DNA of 62,677 nucleotides, the filler included, from Asterionella formosa (lineage: Eukaryota): assembly GCA_002256025.1 (NCBI GenBank). It is 18 parts of 18 records of this genome, joined end to end, with 100 filler letters (N's around TTAATTAATTAA, not from the genome) between each part and the next. Parts side by side here need not be neighbours in the genome. Positions count along the whole stretch, not along the records: positions 27,993 to 31,379 come from NKIB01014190.1; positions 31,480 to 34,862 come from NKIB01014191.1; positions 34,963 to 38,345 come from NKIB01014192.1; positions 38,446 to 41,827 come from NKIB01014193.1; 14 more parts are not named here. The stretch is one strand, 5' to 3'. Each line of letters begins with the position of its first letter. Position 1 is the first letter of the stretch. The notes below the pieces were generated by a model that saw only the letters and a list, made by a program, of their open reading frames with translations, made no database searches and had not been told where the DNA came from. Positions 27,993-40,400 of this stretch are shown in pieces. A program made the translations under genes and the position numbers.

Positions 27993-30181
27993 ATCTCTTG
28001 ACAAATGACACACTAATGTCACCACAAAATGTGTCATTTGATTTCGTCAATCCGTGTAAAGCACCACAACCCACCAGTGTCAGATCCGAATTTCACACTG
28101 GTACCTGGTGGATAGATGCCCATGAATATTTATGTTCTCAGCCAAATGACTTCCTTGTTCCACTAATGTTCTTTATTGACAAGACACACACGGTTGAAAA
28201 AGGAAAGTACACAATGGAGCCTGTCCTAATGTCACTTGGTATTTTTACTACCAATGTAAGAAATAAGGTCAATGCATGGCGGCCAATCGGATTGATCCCA
28301 AAGCTGACCTCATCAAGTCTATCTGAAATCCAGTCCCTAACCCCTGATCAAAAGGAATTCGATTATCACGCTGTCCTTGGTGTGATTCTTGAGGGGGTCA
28401 AGAATGTCCAACAAGCTGGTGGATTCAAACACATTTTCAATTTCGGAGGCAATCAATTTACACTTAATGTGAAAGTTCCGGTTGGTCTAATTCTCGGTGA
28501 TGCTGAAGGTTTAGATGGACAATGCGGACGAAAGAAAACATATCTAAAGACTGCCAGAATGTGTCGTGAATGTGATTGTCCGTTTGATCAAACGGACAAT
28601 CCATCTCATGAATGCAGTCCTGTAGGTCAGATTGATTACGAGGAACTATTAATCCGGGGCATAAAAGATTTATTGGATAAGGTGAGCCAAAGATTCATCT
28701 ATCCCTTTTGGTATCAGTTGTGTTTTGGTGGCGATCCTCTTGGTGTTAATGGGCACGTTCCTCCTGAAAAACTCCATTCCATTCAAGAAGGAATAATGGA
28801 TCACCTCATGGAGCTATATTCTTATATGATCGGGCGTCCCAAAACAGTAAAGGGTAATTCCAATCGAAAACTGTTTGACCAGTTGTTCAACAAAATATCT
28901 AAACTCTTCCTTCACCAGAGTGACCGAGACCTTCCTCGTTGTTCCTTCAATTTCGGTTTTCATGGTTGCAAAACGAAAATAACTGCTAACGAAAGAATAG
29001 GAGTGATGCTTATTGCCTGTGTTGTCATGGCATGTGATGCTGGAATCAAAATCTGCCGAGAAGAAAGTGGTATGACCAATCAAGAAATTCAAAACTTTCA
29101 AGGTCTATTCGAAGGGATGCTCTGCTACAATGCCTGGTTTAGTAAAGAGAGTTTTGATGTGGGAAATTTACCACAGGAACACCAAAGCGTTGTCAACTAT
29201 TTTACTAAGCTGGTAAAAGAATGCCCGAGAACAACAACCTCTCAGGGATGGAAGCTTGCGAAGTTTCATCAACAGATGCATACTGTAAGAAACATTCATC
29301 GTTTCGGAAGTCCACAGGTTTTTAATGGAGGCCCAATGGAAAAGAATCTTAAATTCTTGTGTAAATTACCAGCCAGGACTTCCCAGAAACGCAAAGATGT
29401 CATGGATATTCAAAGTGGGGCGAGAATGGTAGAGAACATGGTGATCGGAACCGCTTGTAGTCAGTTTCTTGGCGAAGATATTGGAGATTTACAATATAAA
29501 TTGGAAGCTGTCCCAGTTGACGTTGGAATTGTGAAATCCAAAACAGGAGGTACTCGATATTCTCTTCTGATTGAAGAAGATGGAAATGGTGAATTTGAGA
29601 TTGCCAGGGTTTCATCATCATCAAGTAGCATCTGCAAAACTGGGGTTGACCGAGATCTGGTGCGAGTTCTAGGCGACCAACTTCTTCCTTTCATTTTATC
29701 CATGGAAATTGAAGTGATGTGCGACCACACTCGTAGTGACAACGTAATATTTCATGCCCATCCAAGCTACCGTGGTGGTCATTCCTGGTATGATTGGGCA
29801 GAGTTTGCTTGGTTAGATGGAGAAACAGGAGTTGAGTCCATTGTGCTTGGCCAGATCTACGGTTTTATTGAATTGGGATTGGGTCCGTCTTCGATCAATT
29901 TCACTGATCCAAGATTACCATCATCCTTGAGAAATCAAAGCCCCGGTGTCTTTGCAATTATTCACTCTTGTAAATATGCCTCAGAATCTTTGCACAACTA
30001 CTCAAGGTTGCTGTTAGGGGCTGATCTCACATTGGATCGACATGGAAACAAAGGACTTTTGTTTGTTCCCGTGGATTGCATTCATTCTCCTGCTGTTGTT
30101 GTTCCTAATTTAGGAGCCTCTCCAGGTAAGGTGATTCAAATCAAGCCGCAGTCTGCCTGGGCATCCCTGTTCCATTTTTGA
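27993..30181 (+). CDS. Plavaka-like (CACTA/EnSpm-related) transposase, 5' end cut by contig start
   Basis: PLMFFIDKTH, EPV.MSLGIF, AWRPIGLIP, ILGDAEG.D..CG, CRECDC, LHSIQEG, KFHQ, E.NLK..K.P, FHAHPSY...WYDWA. 727 uninterrupted codons. Confidence 0.75.
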
Positions 30182-30391
30182 TTTGCTGGTTGATGCGATT
30201 GCATAAGGCAATCTATGAAAGAAATGTTAAGAAAAAATTTGTAGTTGATGATGTGGAAACGATTAATATTACTACAAAACCAACAAAAAAGGGAAGTAAG
30301 GTAACATATAATTATCAATTTTTATAGAAATCATTAATCTCCTTGATTCATTAGTAAGGTATTAGGAGATGCTAAACATTCACTCATTTAC

Positions 30392-31378
30392 TCACAATGC
30401 AGATTCATAGTCAGAATCAATCACTTTGGACTTGTCCTCCTCATCTAACTTGGAATCCGATTTTTCACCACCAGTAGAGGTTTCACAACTAGTTGAGGAC
30501 ACAGCAGAAGACGAGGTTTCAGAGGAGGATGGGGTTGTAGATGGAGAACGTAAAAGATTCTCGCCATCGGCAGGGACATGGATGAGAACTTTTCCTGGGA
30601 TGGAAACATTCTCCGAGAGAATAGAATATTTTTGAAGGCCTTTTTTGGGCATCGTATTACCTTTTTCTTTTCGAGCAACATTAACTTCATTCTTTGCAAA
30701 GAAAGGTGGGACAGTAGGTTGGATTTTTTTGACAGATTTTTCAACAGATTTGAGAAATTCCAAAGAAGGACCATCCTCGGAGACATTGGAACTATCTTCG
30801 TCTTGGCTTTGTGAATTCAGCTTGCTGGTGTGCTCTGTTGGAGGCACAGGTTTGGGTACCGGTTTGATATGATCCTTCTTCTGGAGAATAAGACGAAGTC
30901 TACCCTTCGTGACCTCATCATCCTTCTTGTCGACCGCAGGCACCTCCTTCACACTTGATTTCTGAACAGACTTGAGAAATTCCAAAGAAGGAACATCCTC
31001 TGAGAGAATGGAACTATCTTCGTCGTCTTTGCCTTGCGGAATCACTCTGGTGGTATGCTGAATCACTCTGGTGATATGCTTGGTTGGAGGCACAGTTTTC
31101 AGACCAGGTTGGACATGATCCTGCTGAAGGGAGATAGAATGTGGGAGCTTGATGATAGACCAGGTTTCACCTAAAGTTTCATCTGTGTTCCTATCTCGCT
31201 GGAGGGTAAGATGTGGACCCTTCTCGACCTGCTTATGATCCTTGCAGTTGATCCCAAGCAACTTCATATTCGATTTTTCAACAGACTTGAGAAATTCCAA
31301 AGAAGGACCAGCATCTGAGGCATCCTCTGAGGCGATGGAAATATCTTCTTCGTCTTTGCCTTGTCGATTAGCCTTGGT
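30392..31378 (-). CDS. Low-complexity repetitive protein, 3' part, convergent with the Plavaka-like transposase
   Basis: Open to the contig end; three copies of D-x-S-x-x-SED..PSLEFLKSV(E/Q)KS; Ser-rich tail. Confidence 0.55.
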   Translation of the reverse strand, partial: TKANRQGKDEEDISIASEDASDAGPSLEFLKSVEKSNMKLLGINCKDHKQVEKGPHLTLQRDRNTDETLGETWSIIKLPHSISLQQDHVQPGLKTVPPTKHITRVIQHTTRVIPQGKDDEDSSILSEDVPSLEFLKSVQKSSVKEVPAVDKKDDEVTKGRLRLILQKKDHIKPVPKPVPPTEHTSKLNSQSQDEDSSNVSEDGPSLEFLKSVEKSVKKIQPTVPPFFAKNEVNVARKEKGNTMPKKGLQKYSILSENVSIPGKVLIHVPADGENLLRSPSTTPSSSETSSSAVSSTSCETSTGGEKSDSKLDEEDKSKVIDSDYESAL

Positions 31379-31479
31379 GNNNNNNNNNNNNNNNNNNNNN
31401 NNNNNNNNNNNNNNNNNNNNNNNTTAATTAATTAANNNNNNNNNNNNNNNNNNNNNNNNNNNNNNNNNNNNNNNNNNNN

Positions 31480-32653
31480 CATGACACCATTTTGTTGTGG
31501 AGTGTGCAGCCAGGGCAGTCAGTAAATTCCTTTTTATACCACAATTTTCACATTCTTTTCTCAATTGTTTAGTATTCTCGCCGCCTGCATCATCACAACG
31601 GACATACTTTGTCTTGTGACTGGCACCGGCCAAACTTGATAGTAAAACTTCAATGACCGTTACGATGTCGTTCCTCTTCTTTTTAATGAAGTAGCTCCAG
31701 CGCTTTCTTGTGTAGTCGTCCACTGCCATGACCCAGCCAGTACTGATTACTTACAGCGGATTTCGCGTAGGGTCCGGTGATGTCCACAAACAGTCTCTCT
31801 CCAGGTACCGTCGATTTTTCTTGTGTTGTTTTTGGGACGGCTCGTGCTTTAGCTTTTGCTGCTGCACAGCCTGCGCACGCTGTCATGATGCCACTCACCA
31901 ACTTCCATCCAAATAATTTCGCCATATCATGCAAACAGTTCTCGCCCACATGACCAAGTATCGCATGCGCTTCATTAATATCGACAATAACATAATTATT
32001 TTCAAACTCACCATTTTGACTATTCCATTGTTCGTTTTCTTTGCTTCACCTTTCGTCCAATCGTTTTCATTGTACTAGTCGTCTATCAATTGTTGTGCTC
32101 CCAAACTCTTGTAGCTTTCCGGTAGGTTGTTGATCATGTGTGCCACATAGGCACCATCCGAAATGGCGGAACTCGTATTGCCCAATCATTCCCGGATACT
32201 ATCCAACTCCACATACTACCAGCTGTTGGGGTTCTCATTTTCCCCTAGAGTGCACTTCGTCCATTGGTGGGACAAGGCAATGGCGTTCGCCATGTTGCCT
32301 GACTCATATGTAGAAATGAGCTTGTCCCATGCTTCTTTAGCATTGCCATTAGGAAACTCGGCACTTCTTGCATTATTTACGTGTCCAAATGGCCCACTCT
32401 GTCATGCCATTATCAAACTTGCGTAAGCAACTGTGTTGTTCCTTTGGATGTGTTTCTTGTTGGCATCTGACAGCACAATTGTATCGTCCTTTAGGTCTTT
32501 CTCTCCTCTCGATAGTTCGTCACCATTAAGCATACCTTGAAATTTCTTGTAGCACGCGTATGCGAGAAACTTCGCTTTCCACATGTGCCATTTAGCATCT
32601 TGCCCATTGAACATCGGCAACCTCACAGAAGACGTGTCTTCGTCACTTCCCAT
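31480..32653 (-). mobile_element. Degenerate Ty1/Copia gag and integrase fragments (internally deleted)
   Basis: Gag start RLPMFNGQDAKWHMWKAKFLAY; integrase zinc finger HAILGH...CAGC; PGERLFVDITGP, VDDYTRKRWSYF, VRCD; frameshifts, protease region absent. Confidence 0.9.
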
Positions 32654-33300
32654 CGTTCCTGAGTAGCCTGTGGCCTCAAAGCTTCGTTTTAAAGCTTGAT
32701 AAAAGGTCTTGTACTCCTTCCCGTCTGACGGGTTTCCTCTTACGTAGGTCTAACCTGTTTTACCACTAGTATTGTTATCTTCTTTCTGCTGCTAGCCTTC
32801 ATGCTAGTTTTCACTACTATTGACCTTACTCTGTCAATTCTCACTGTTTCTTAATTATAAACTTAAACTAAAACTAAGTTTCAATCCCATTCATCACACT
32901 TCGAGAACTTGTTCTTCGTGTTCCCTTTTCGTTGACGTAAACCTTCTTCTGATTGATCTAAGACATCAATCTCATTAGCAAGCTTCTTGACATGGGAACG
33001 CACATTTGACTCATTGGACTATAGTTGAGTCCACAGTCCTTGTGACTCATTATACCCATTGATGCTATATTTGTCCGGTGGACAGACACAGGATCCTGGC
33101 GGTACTTTGTCCGGTAAAAGTGAAATGATGATGCATTCTTGATAACAGTTGTTCCAGGAATTATCGTATTTCTTATCACCTTTTTTGCTGTCGGCGGATC
33201 AAGGGTGAAGGTGACACAGTCCACCGATTTGTTCCCAACTGCCTGTCATCGCAACAGTGTAACAAGTCAATTATAACTCTACCTTGCTGAATCATCCACA

Positions 33301-34011
33301 ATGACAGCCTGTATCGATGCCACGATGGAATTGGAAATGAAACCATTCGAACTGTGCAAACTGATTTGCTCTGAACTGTCTCTCGAAAATGATGGGAGAC
33401 CGAAAGAGCTTGTTGCATTGGCGAATTCGACGTTGGGTTGCAAGCCGCTGGGAAACGATGCTTCTGTGAAAGAAGAAGCACGCGCAGTGCGCAACGCTAT
33501 CCGTGATCTCCCGGCATCCTTTTGGGGGAAAGAAACAGTGGGAAAAGGCAACTCGAGCCCTGAGGCTCTGGTAACGAGACTGCTACTCAAGCCGGCAACA
33601 GCTGGCGGATTTTGTAGCGGAGTGGCTTGCAAGCGCCTTCCAAATAAAGCAGTTGACACTAAAACAGTGGTTTGCAAAGGTGCCTTAAGTATTGACGGAT
33701 TTTCTGTGTTACCGTTCCCAGGCCAATACTCAAACTTGGATTTTGAAATGGAGAACATTGCTCTACTGTTCGGCACAAAACGAGATGCTGTGTCACTGGG
33801 TCATTGTACTTTTATGGTCCAAAGTAGAGAACAAGTTGCACCAGGTTCATCTGTTATGCTTTGTAAAGCAAACAAGTGCAATGCAAGGCTGGCTGCTTTG
33901 CTCACCCCCAAGTTTTTACTAGTAGGCCTTTATCATTTTGTCGGTCCAGAAGTGGAAGCACAGACTCTCAGACTTTTTGAAGACTTGAGACTTGAGACTG
34001 CAGCCAAGTAA
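33301..34011 (+). CDS. Hypothetical protein; C-terminal half possibly profilin-like
   Basis: Clean 236-aa ATG-initiated ORF. The end VSLGHCTFMV...LLTPKFLLVGLY...LRLFEDLR echoes the profilin strand/helix pattern (inference). Confidence 0.65.
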   Translation: MTACIDATMELEMKPFELCKLICSELSLENDGRPKELVALANSTLGCKPLGNDASVKEEARAVRNAIRDLPASFWGKETVGKGNSSPEALVTRLLLKPATAGGFCSGVACKRLPNKAVDTKTVVCKGALSIDGFSVLPFPGQYSNLDFEMENIALLFGTKRDAVSLGHCTFMVQSREQVAPGSSVMLCKANKCNARLAALLTPKFLLVGLYHFVGPEVEAQTLRLFEDLRLETAAK

Positions 34012-35702
34012 AACAGTTCGAGTACTTATTCAGAGATACAGTTGTCTCCTCAATTTCGTTTACACAGCTGTTCATTCAGCCATGTCCTTGCTGTGTCAAT
34101 CACCACCTCTATTGATAAGAAAGAAAATGGTGGATAATTCAATATTCAACAAAGTATTTATAGTATTGTCAACAATATCAGCCCCATGAGATTCTGGAAT
34201 CATTGTCATTGACATCTGATGATGATGCAAGCGATGGCCCACTCCTTCATAAATTCAAACATTTTCCTACGCTCCTCAAATTAGCCAGTACATGGCGTGG
34301 GGGGGGGGGTATAAATATTTAAAAAAAACAGGTTTTTTTTTGTCCCACAATTTTAACAGCTCTTTTTGAAATGAGTCTCTTGCTTCATCAACAGGGTGGA
34401 TAGACATGGTGTAGTAAAATAGATGAAATGCTAACAAAGGTATGACCATGATGCTACAAACAAAAATGTAATTCTATGCAAATATTTGATGCAAATTTCT
34501 GGCTATGGTATTACACATTCTGGTGGTACTTACAAAGCCTGGTACATGGATAAAATCAACCCTATTATTATCATTTTGGCACAATATCTCCCTAATAGCA
34601 AAATGTAAATAACCATGCTGGCTCTCATTGAATTATACTTTTATTTTTTGCTTTGGAACAAATCTTAGGTAGCGGTACATAGGAATGTGGCTGCTGCATA
34701 TTACTACGACTACAGGGCCTTACCGGCAGTTTTGACAACATCATACACCAGAGCAAATGCTTCACATTTGCCGGCTTCTACATGGACTATTTACAAAGCA
34801 ATTGTCCATTCGCAATCAATCATTTCTCAGTAGATAATAGCCTTATTTACATCTTTTTTGCTNNNNNNNNNNNNNNNNNNNNNNNNNNNNNNNNNNNNNN
34901 NNNNNNTTAATTAATTAANNNNNNNNNNNNNNNNNNNNNNNNNNNNNNNNNNNNNNNNNNNNTGTCTCTGCTTCTAGCCTTCCTGCTAGATAGACTAATT
35001 GACCTTCCTGTCAATTAACACACTGTTTCCTCGGTTGATAATCTAAATCTCAAATTAAATTATAAGCTAAACTAAATGTTTCCTTTCCATGCATCTTTGC
35101 TTCCTGCAAAGTCATTCTAAGACTCTCTTCGAGTTTCCACTTAACATTTCCATAGAAATCTTCAATCTCTGATCTCGTTAGACAGCTGATTGACGTGGCA
35201 ATGCAATATTCGACTCGTTCGATTACAATCGAGTCCACAATCCTTGTGACTCGGGCTAATATTCTTGACAGTACATTGGACTGTATAAGGCAGGGTCCGT
35301 GTACCCAGTATTGTTTTCTATTTTTTGAACAATCCCGGTATAATTATGTACTTCCTTCGACCGGTATGTACCAGTACTGGAATTCGCATTTTGCTTTGGT
35401 GCGCATGCAGTCGTGGCCAATGTCATTGATGATGACGATGGTGGAGCATGTTGCCACGTAATCCATTACTGCTCATCACCAGCAGAAGAAGAACATCAGA
35501 AAACCAAAATGACCATTTTCGATGCAGAACAATTTAAAATACTCGTCCTTGGGCTGTTCGTTAGTATTTAATCAAATGCTATAGCTAGTAACACGAACGA
35601 GAGCGACTTGACACCACAGTAAATAGGATCGCACACACATTATCAGTTTATTTGAACGAGCATTCTTGTTCATTGTCAATTCGAACTACTCCGCCGCACC
35701 GA

Positions 35703-36401
35703 ATGATGATATTGACTCGAAAATTGCTCCTAGCATTGACGATGCTGGCTTTGCAAGGCGAATCCTTTCTCCTCCCAACAACGACCCGTCCATCACAAGA
35801 ATTGGTGAGATCAAATCGGATCACCATCATTACTCAAGTCGTTCAATCTAGTGAAGTTCGAGGCGACGAAGAGAATGCTGGGAGTAACACCAAACCTGCT
35901 GGTCTGCCGTCATTACTCTCGTCATGGTGGGATACGTTCCTGCAGGACCTTGCCAACAAGCGTCCACCCCTTCAGGTGGAAGACAATTCAGTCTTGTTGT
36001 ATGATGTTATTCTTCTCGTTAATCTCTCTGCCAGTATTTCCTTTTGGGTTACCCATCGGATGGACTTCGCATACATTGGATCTGCAATATCCGAAGGATC
36101 ACTCTTGAGCATTCTTTGGATTATTGCGGGGTTATATCATGGTGCGTTTTTATATTCGGCTGTTGATGGTCATCATGTAGATGACAAGGGAGGTCCCTCC
36201 GCGGCTGGCTTGTTGGGATTACAGACATTTATTGGTACAGTGAATTTGAGAATTGTTGTGGCCTTGATAACTGCCGTGGTCGAACATCGGAAGGTTGGTA
36301 CAGTTGTAGGCGAAGATTTAATTCCCTTGGAATTACTCTTTGGCCTAGTCTTGATGAGCTGTTGGCGAGCATTACATTCCAGTTACACACCGAGGATCTA
36401 A
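35703..36401 (+). CDS. Multi-pass membrane protein, DUF3054-like, probably plastid-targeted
   Basis: Signal peptide ending GES-FLLP (Phe at +1, ASAFAP-like) and a Thr/Arg-rich transit region; ~4 hydrophobic helices with a D..H..W..GAF..WR pattern. Confidence 0.7.
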   Translation: MMILTRKLLLALTMLALQGESFLLPTTTRPSQELVRSNRITIITQVVQSSEVRGDEENAGSNTKPAGLPSLLSSWWDTFLQDLANKRPPLQVEDNSVLLYDVILLVNLSASISFWVTHRMDFAYIGSAISEGSLLSILWIIAGLYHGAFLYSAVDGHHVDDKGGPSAAGLLGLQTFIGTVNLRIVVALITAVVEHRKVGTVVGEDLIPLELLFGLVLMSCWRALHSSYTPRI

Positions 36402-36714
36402 GTTTTGAGCGTTTAAAAGTCCATCATTCAGCAGTTTTAATATAAAAGTTTACAAGGTTATAAGTACTCCTGTCATGCGTTGACGAATGCAAATTTGCGG
36501 AAATAACTTCTTGCTATGGAGGACAACAAAGCGTTATTCAATGCTTAAGCTTCCTAAGTATGGGGCCTATTAAGATATGGTATTAGACTATACATGAATT
36601 CAAGTCTATAAGTGTGTGGAGGGATAGACTAGGTACTTGAGGAAGGCATTGGAGCAAATTGGCGGTAGATTATTGTTGTCACTAGCAATCATTGAGAATT
36701 GTTGTGAACCTGCT

Positions 36715-37489
36715 TGCTCCTGAAGGCAATACACGCCCGAGGTGGTCTCTTGCCTGCGAGTATACATGTGTTCGAGGCTGGGTGGCGCGAGTAGGTTGAC
36801 CGTACGAGAGGCGCCCGCTCTAGCTATCGTCGCGTCATTCGCTTACCTACTGCCCACAAATTTAGCATAAATGTCAATTTTAGCCTACTATTGCCCATCA
36901 TGTAAAATATATTTTGTATATTTCCTATCTTCACCTCGAAAATTGCCAAAGGTCCGATATTGCCCATCATTTAAATATATTTTGAATATTTCATATGTTC
37001 GCATTTTGGCAAGACAACAGACGCCAATTGCCCCTCGGTTTTCCAGCCCTGGGATTGCCGAAATCGGCAAGGGGTCTACTTAAGGAAACCATTTTATATA
37101 CTATTCAGATTCTAATAATTTATATCTAGAATTCACCTCGTTTTTGTTCGTCTCCTGAAAAGTGGACTCCGGCAATTCACCTTTCACCATGCCAATCGTC
37201 GTCCATCATGACCGGTTTGGAGCGAAATCAGTTCCGCGATGACGCCAGTAGCGATTCTTTGCATAAAGGATGCGGTTGATTGTTGGATTACTGGTCTTCT
37301 CGAGGCATTCATGTAGTCGCATCGTCCATTTTTCGTCGGACGAACGATGATATCGATATATCTGATGTTGGTGGCAAGTTTTTGCTCCGGTCATGTATGT
37401 AATTATGCTTAACGGATATTCTACCGGTTACCTGCAGTCATCTAGTCTACATACGTACGTGGTACTAAAAACAACCATCCATGGTTTAA
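36715..37489 (+). repeat. Dispersed repeat family D, copy 2
   Basis: Colinear with 16330-17100. Confidence 0.9.
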
Positions 37490-40400
37490 GCTATGCTTTA
37501 ACGCTTACTTTGAACACGTGATAATATTCTCTCTGTAGACTCGGTATTATTTTCACGAGACCTGAAATGTTGAATTATATCGTTCACTTACTCATAGATT
37601 TTACGTACCGTATGCCCGATTTCGTCCTCACAAATATAGTTCTCACTCTATCTTGCCTGCCTTTGCTCTATTCGGGCTTGCAATAGGCAAAGTTCGTCTT
37701 TCTTTGATCCCATCGTCTGCTGCTTGTTATGCTAGTTGAAGCGGATCGGTGAGTACAACAGTGAAATACTGAATGTGGATTGTAGATTGTATTTATCGAC
37801 TTTCCGATTTGATTGCTTCCGTGGTTTGTTTTGATCGCTTCCATCGTTGTTTGTCATTACGCACTGTCGTTTTGTTTCGATTGTACATATCTACATAAGA
37901 ACCAATGCATTTATCAATGACTACTCATTGAAGATGTGGTATTGTGCCATTGTTGATTTGTATAGTCATTGACAATGATGTCAATATTGCCGCCAAGCAA
38001 TGCTTTTCTTGTACTAACGCGCTTTGCTACATTTCTACTGCGAGTTCGTATCAGAAGCTACATGAATAATCAGCTAGAGAGAGTCAATAGTGCTGGAGCA
38101 GCGCGGCGATCATGCTTGCTCAGAATGGAATGATCAGGGTTGCCTGTTTGGTGGGCGGAGAGGAATGACTGTGGCGGAAATACTGCTACTGGATGGTGTC
38201 AGGCTACTACAGCGATGCGCATGGTTGCAGCAACCAGACCATTCAGGTATACATTGGGTTGAGCTCTTTTTCTTCTTCTTTCGGTCTTCGATTGTATGGC
38301 GATGGAAAGTCAATGTTGCCTGGTGTGTAAGTACTACAATGATTCNNNNNNNNNNNNNNNNNNNNNNNNNNNNNNNNNNNNNNNNNNNNTTAATTAATTA
38401 ANNNNNNNNNNNNNNNNNNNNNNNNNNNNNNNNNNNNNNNNNNNNACGTCGACGTGGATGTAGAGGATGACAAGGACGATGACAGGGAGGAATTATTCAT
38501 CTGAAACTGTTCGAGGTCTGCCAAAATCAAGTCCAGCCGAACGCTGCAATTGCTGTTGTTGCTGTTGCTGCTATGCATAGCCGACGTGTTCTGCATAGAA
38601 CAGGGCGTCCTGTTAATGTTAGCCATGGGATTGGACGATTGCATCATGGGGACGAAGGAAACCAAGCGCTTGACAGTCGTTGTTACAGTTTCAACACGGA
38701 GATTGGAAATATAAGATTCTTTTTTGTAACAGTCATATTTATGTGTTCTTGCTGCAACGAGATCGAGACAGTCACAAATATTCCATGCAACTGTCCAACC
38801 GGTACTTGCTAAATAAAGCTCTAGAACCGGTAGAGTCTATTTGTTATTGAACCGGGTCATATAAATAATTTATTGTTTGGTCACAAAAATTGTCCGCCCC
38901 TTAGGGTAACACATCAACATTGAATCGCCCTGGTAAGACAGTGAAGAGTGAAAATCAGATGGCGCGTAGGTCGGTTTATAACTATATATATAGTTTAACC
39001 ATATAAATAATAATCTCTTTCTTATCACCTAAATAATTATTTAGTTGCATCTTTGATTATGGCTGTGCATTTATTAGGCAAAATATATTTTTGTCGTCGT
39101 TGCAATGTGGATGAAAAAGTTGTCAGAACTGGCGCCCTATACTATATAGTACGACACAACCGATGCTTTATTCGTGAATCCATCAATCAACATGAAATGG
39201 CTGTACAGTACAATATATAAAAGCTATATATTGACATTTCGCCAATTTCAAGTTTCTGTATTGCTATGATTGTACAGCTAATTTTTGAACAAATTATGAA
39301 AAAGTCATTGAAATACCAATGTTTGCATGAGCAACCTGTGAAACTTCTCACGATCTATTGGGAACTATAGTCTACTCCATGTATCCTTGAGGAAGGACAT
39401 GGAGACAACTATCCATACGACACTGATTCGACTTTTGACTAGGACTTTCCTGTGGTATGATGTAGCCTCACCAAGATCTGATTGTAGTAAGATCATTGTT
39501 ATCTACGGGCAGTAGGGGTCTTTGTAAATAACAATTAGTGTTCATACATATGTACACATAATAAGCACTTGCTTGTCGTGTGGTACAGGTAGCTAGCTAT
39601 GGCTGTGCAGCAGGCTGGGTGCAGACATGATTGCTTGGGAAGCCGCTACTACCTGTATGTAGAAGTAGCTTGGCTAGGCTTATACTAGCTAGGTTTAAAT
39701 GCTGATAGCATCAGCAATTATTATTTTTGCATTCATTAAAGTTAAGTTATCTTATTTGATGTTCTGGTCCCTTGATTAAGGAGTACCGTTAAAGTTGTGT
39801 TCATTTTTCCATTTTAAAAATCATTGTGGGAATTCACTTTATCTGATCGAGGCTTAAAAGCAAATCAAGACAACCAACAGCTACTATCATAGTTCTTCGT
39901 GAGCAAATAGAGTCCCGATCGGTTTATTTTATTGTGAGGAGCGTCAAACCATAATTAGTGAACATGAAACATAAAGCAGCAATACACTCCAGATTGTTTT
40001 AACCCCTCAACTGGCAATGCTTAGGCAAAATTCATTCATGGCTCCATATGCAAATAGTTTCCAACTTGAAATGACAAGCAGAACACTAGTCCAACTTGAA
40101 ATGACAAGCAGAACACTGGACTCAAATCACTGCTTCTCTATATTACTGTGAATCCCACCCCCAATTGAATACTATCACCACATGACGTTATAATCACGTT
40201 TCTTCAGGGATAAATCATTCACATATTCTGACAATCATCATTGTTGATGCAAAAACGTCCAAGACAGGTGATTCACTCCACCGTTGGCATTCCTTTCTAC
40301 CCTCAACAAAACCTAATAACATCTATTACATCAGTGGATCAATATAATCATCACACACTAAATTCCAATCACATTGTGCTGCCATGTTTCACCTCGAGTC

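Noticed and set aside
40060..40118. ~30-bp tandem duplication (a similar 24-bp one lies at 23043-23089)
   Set aside because: Ordinary local slippage duplication with no further structure.
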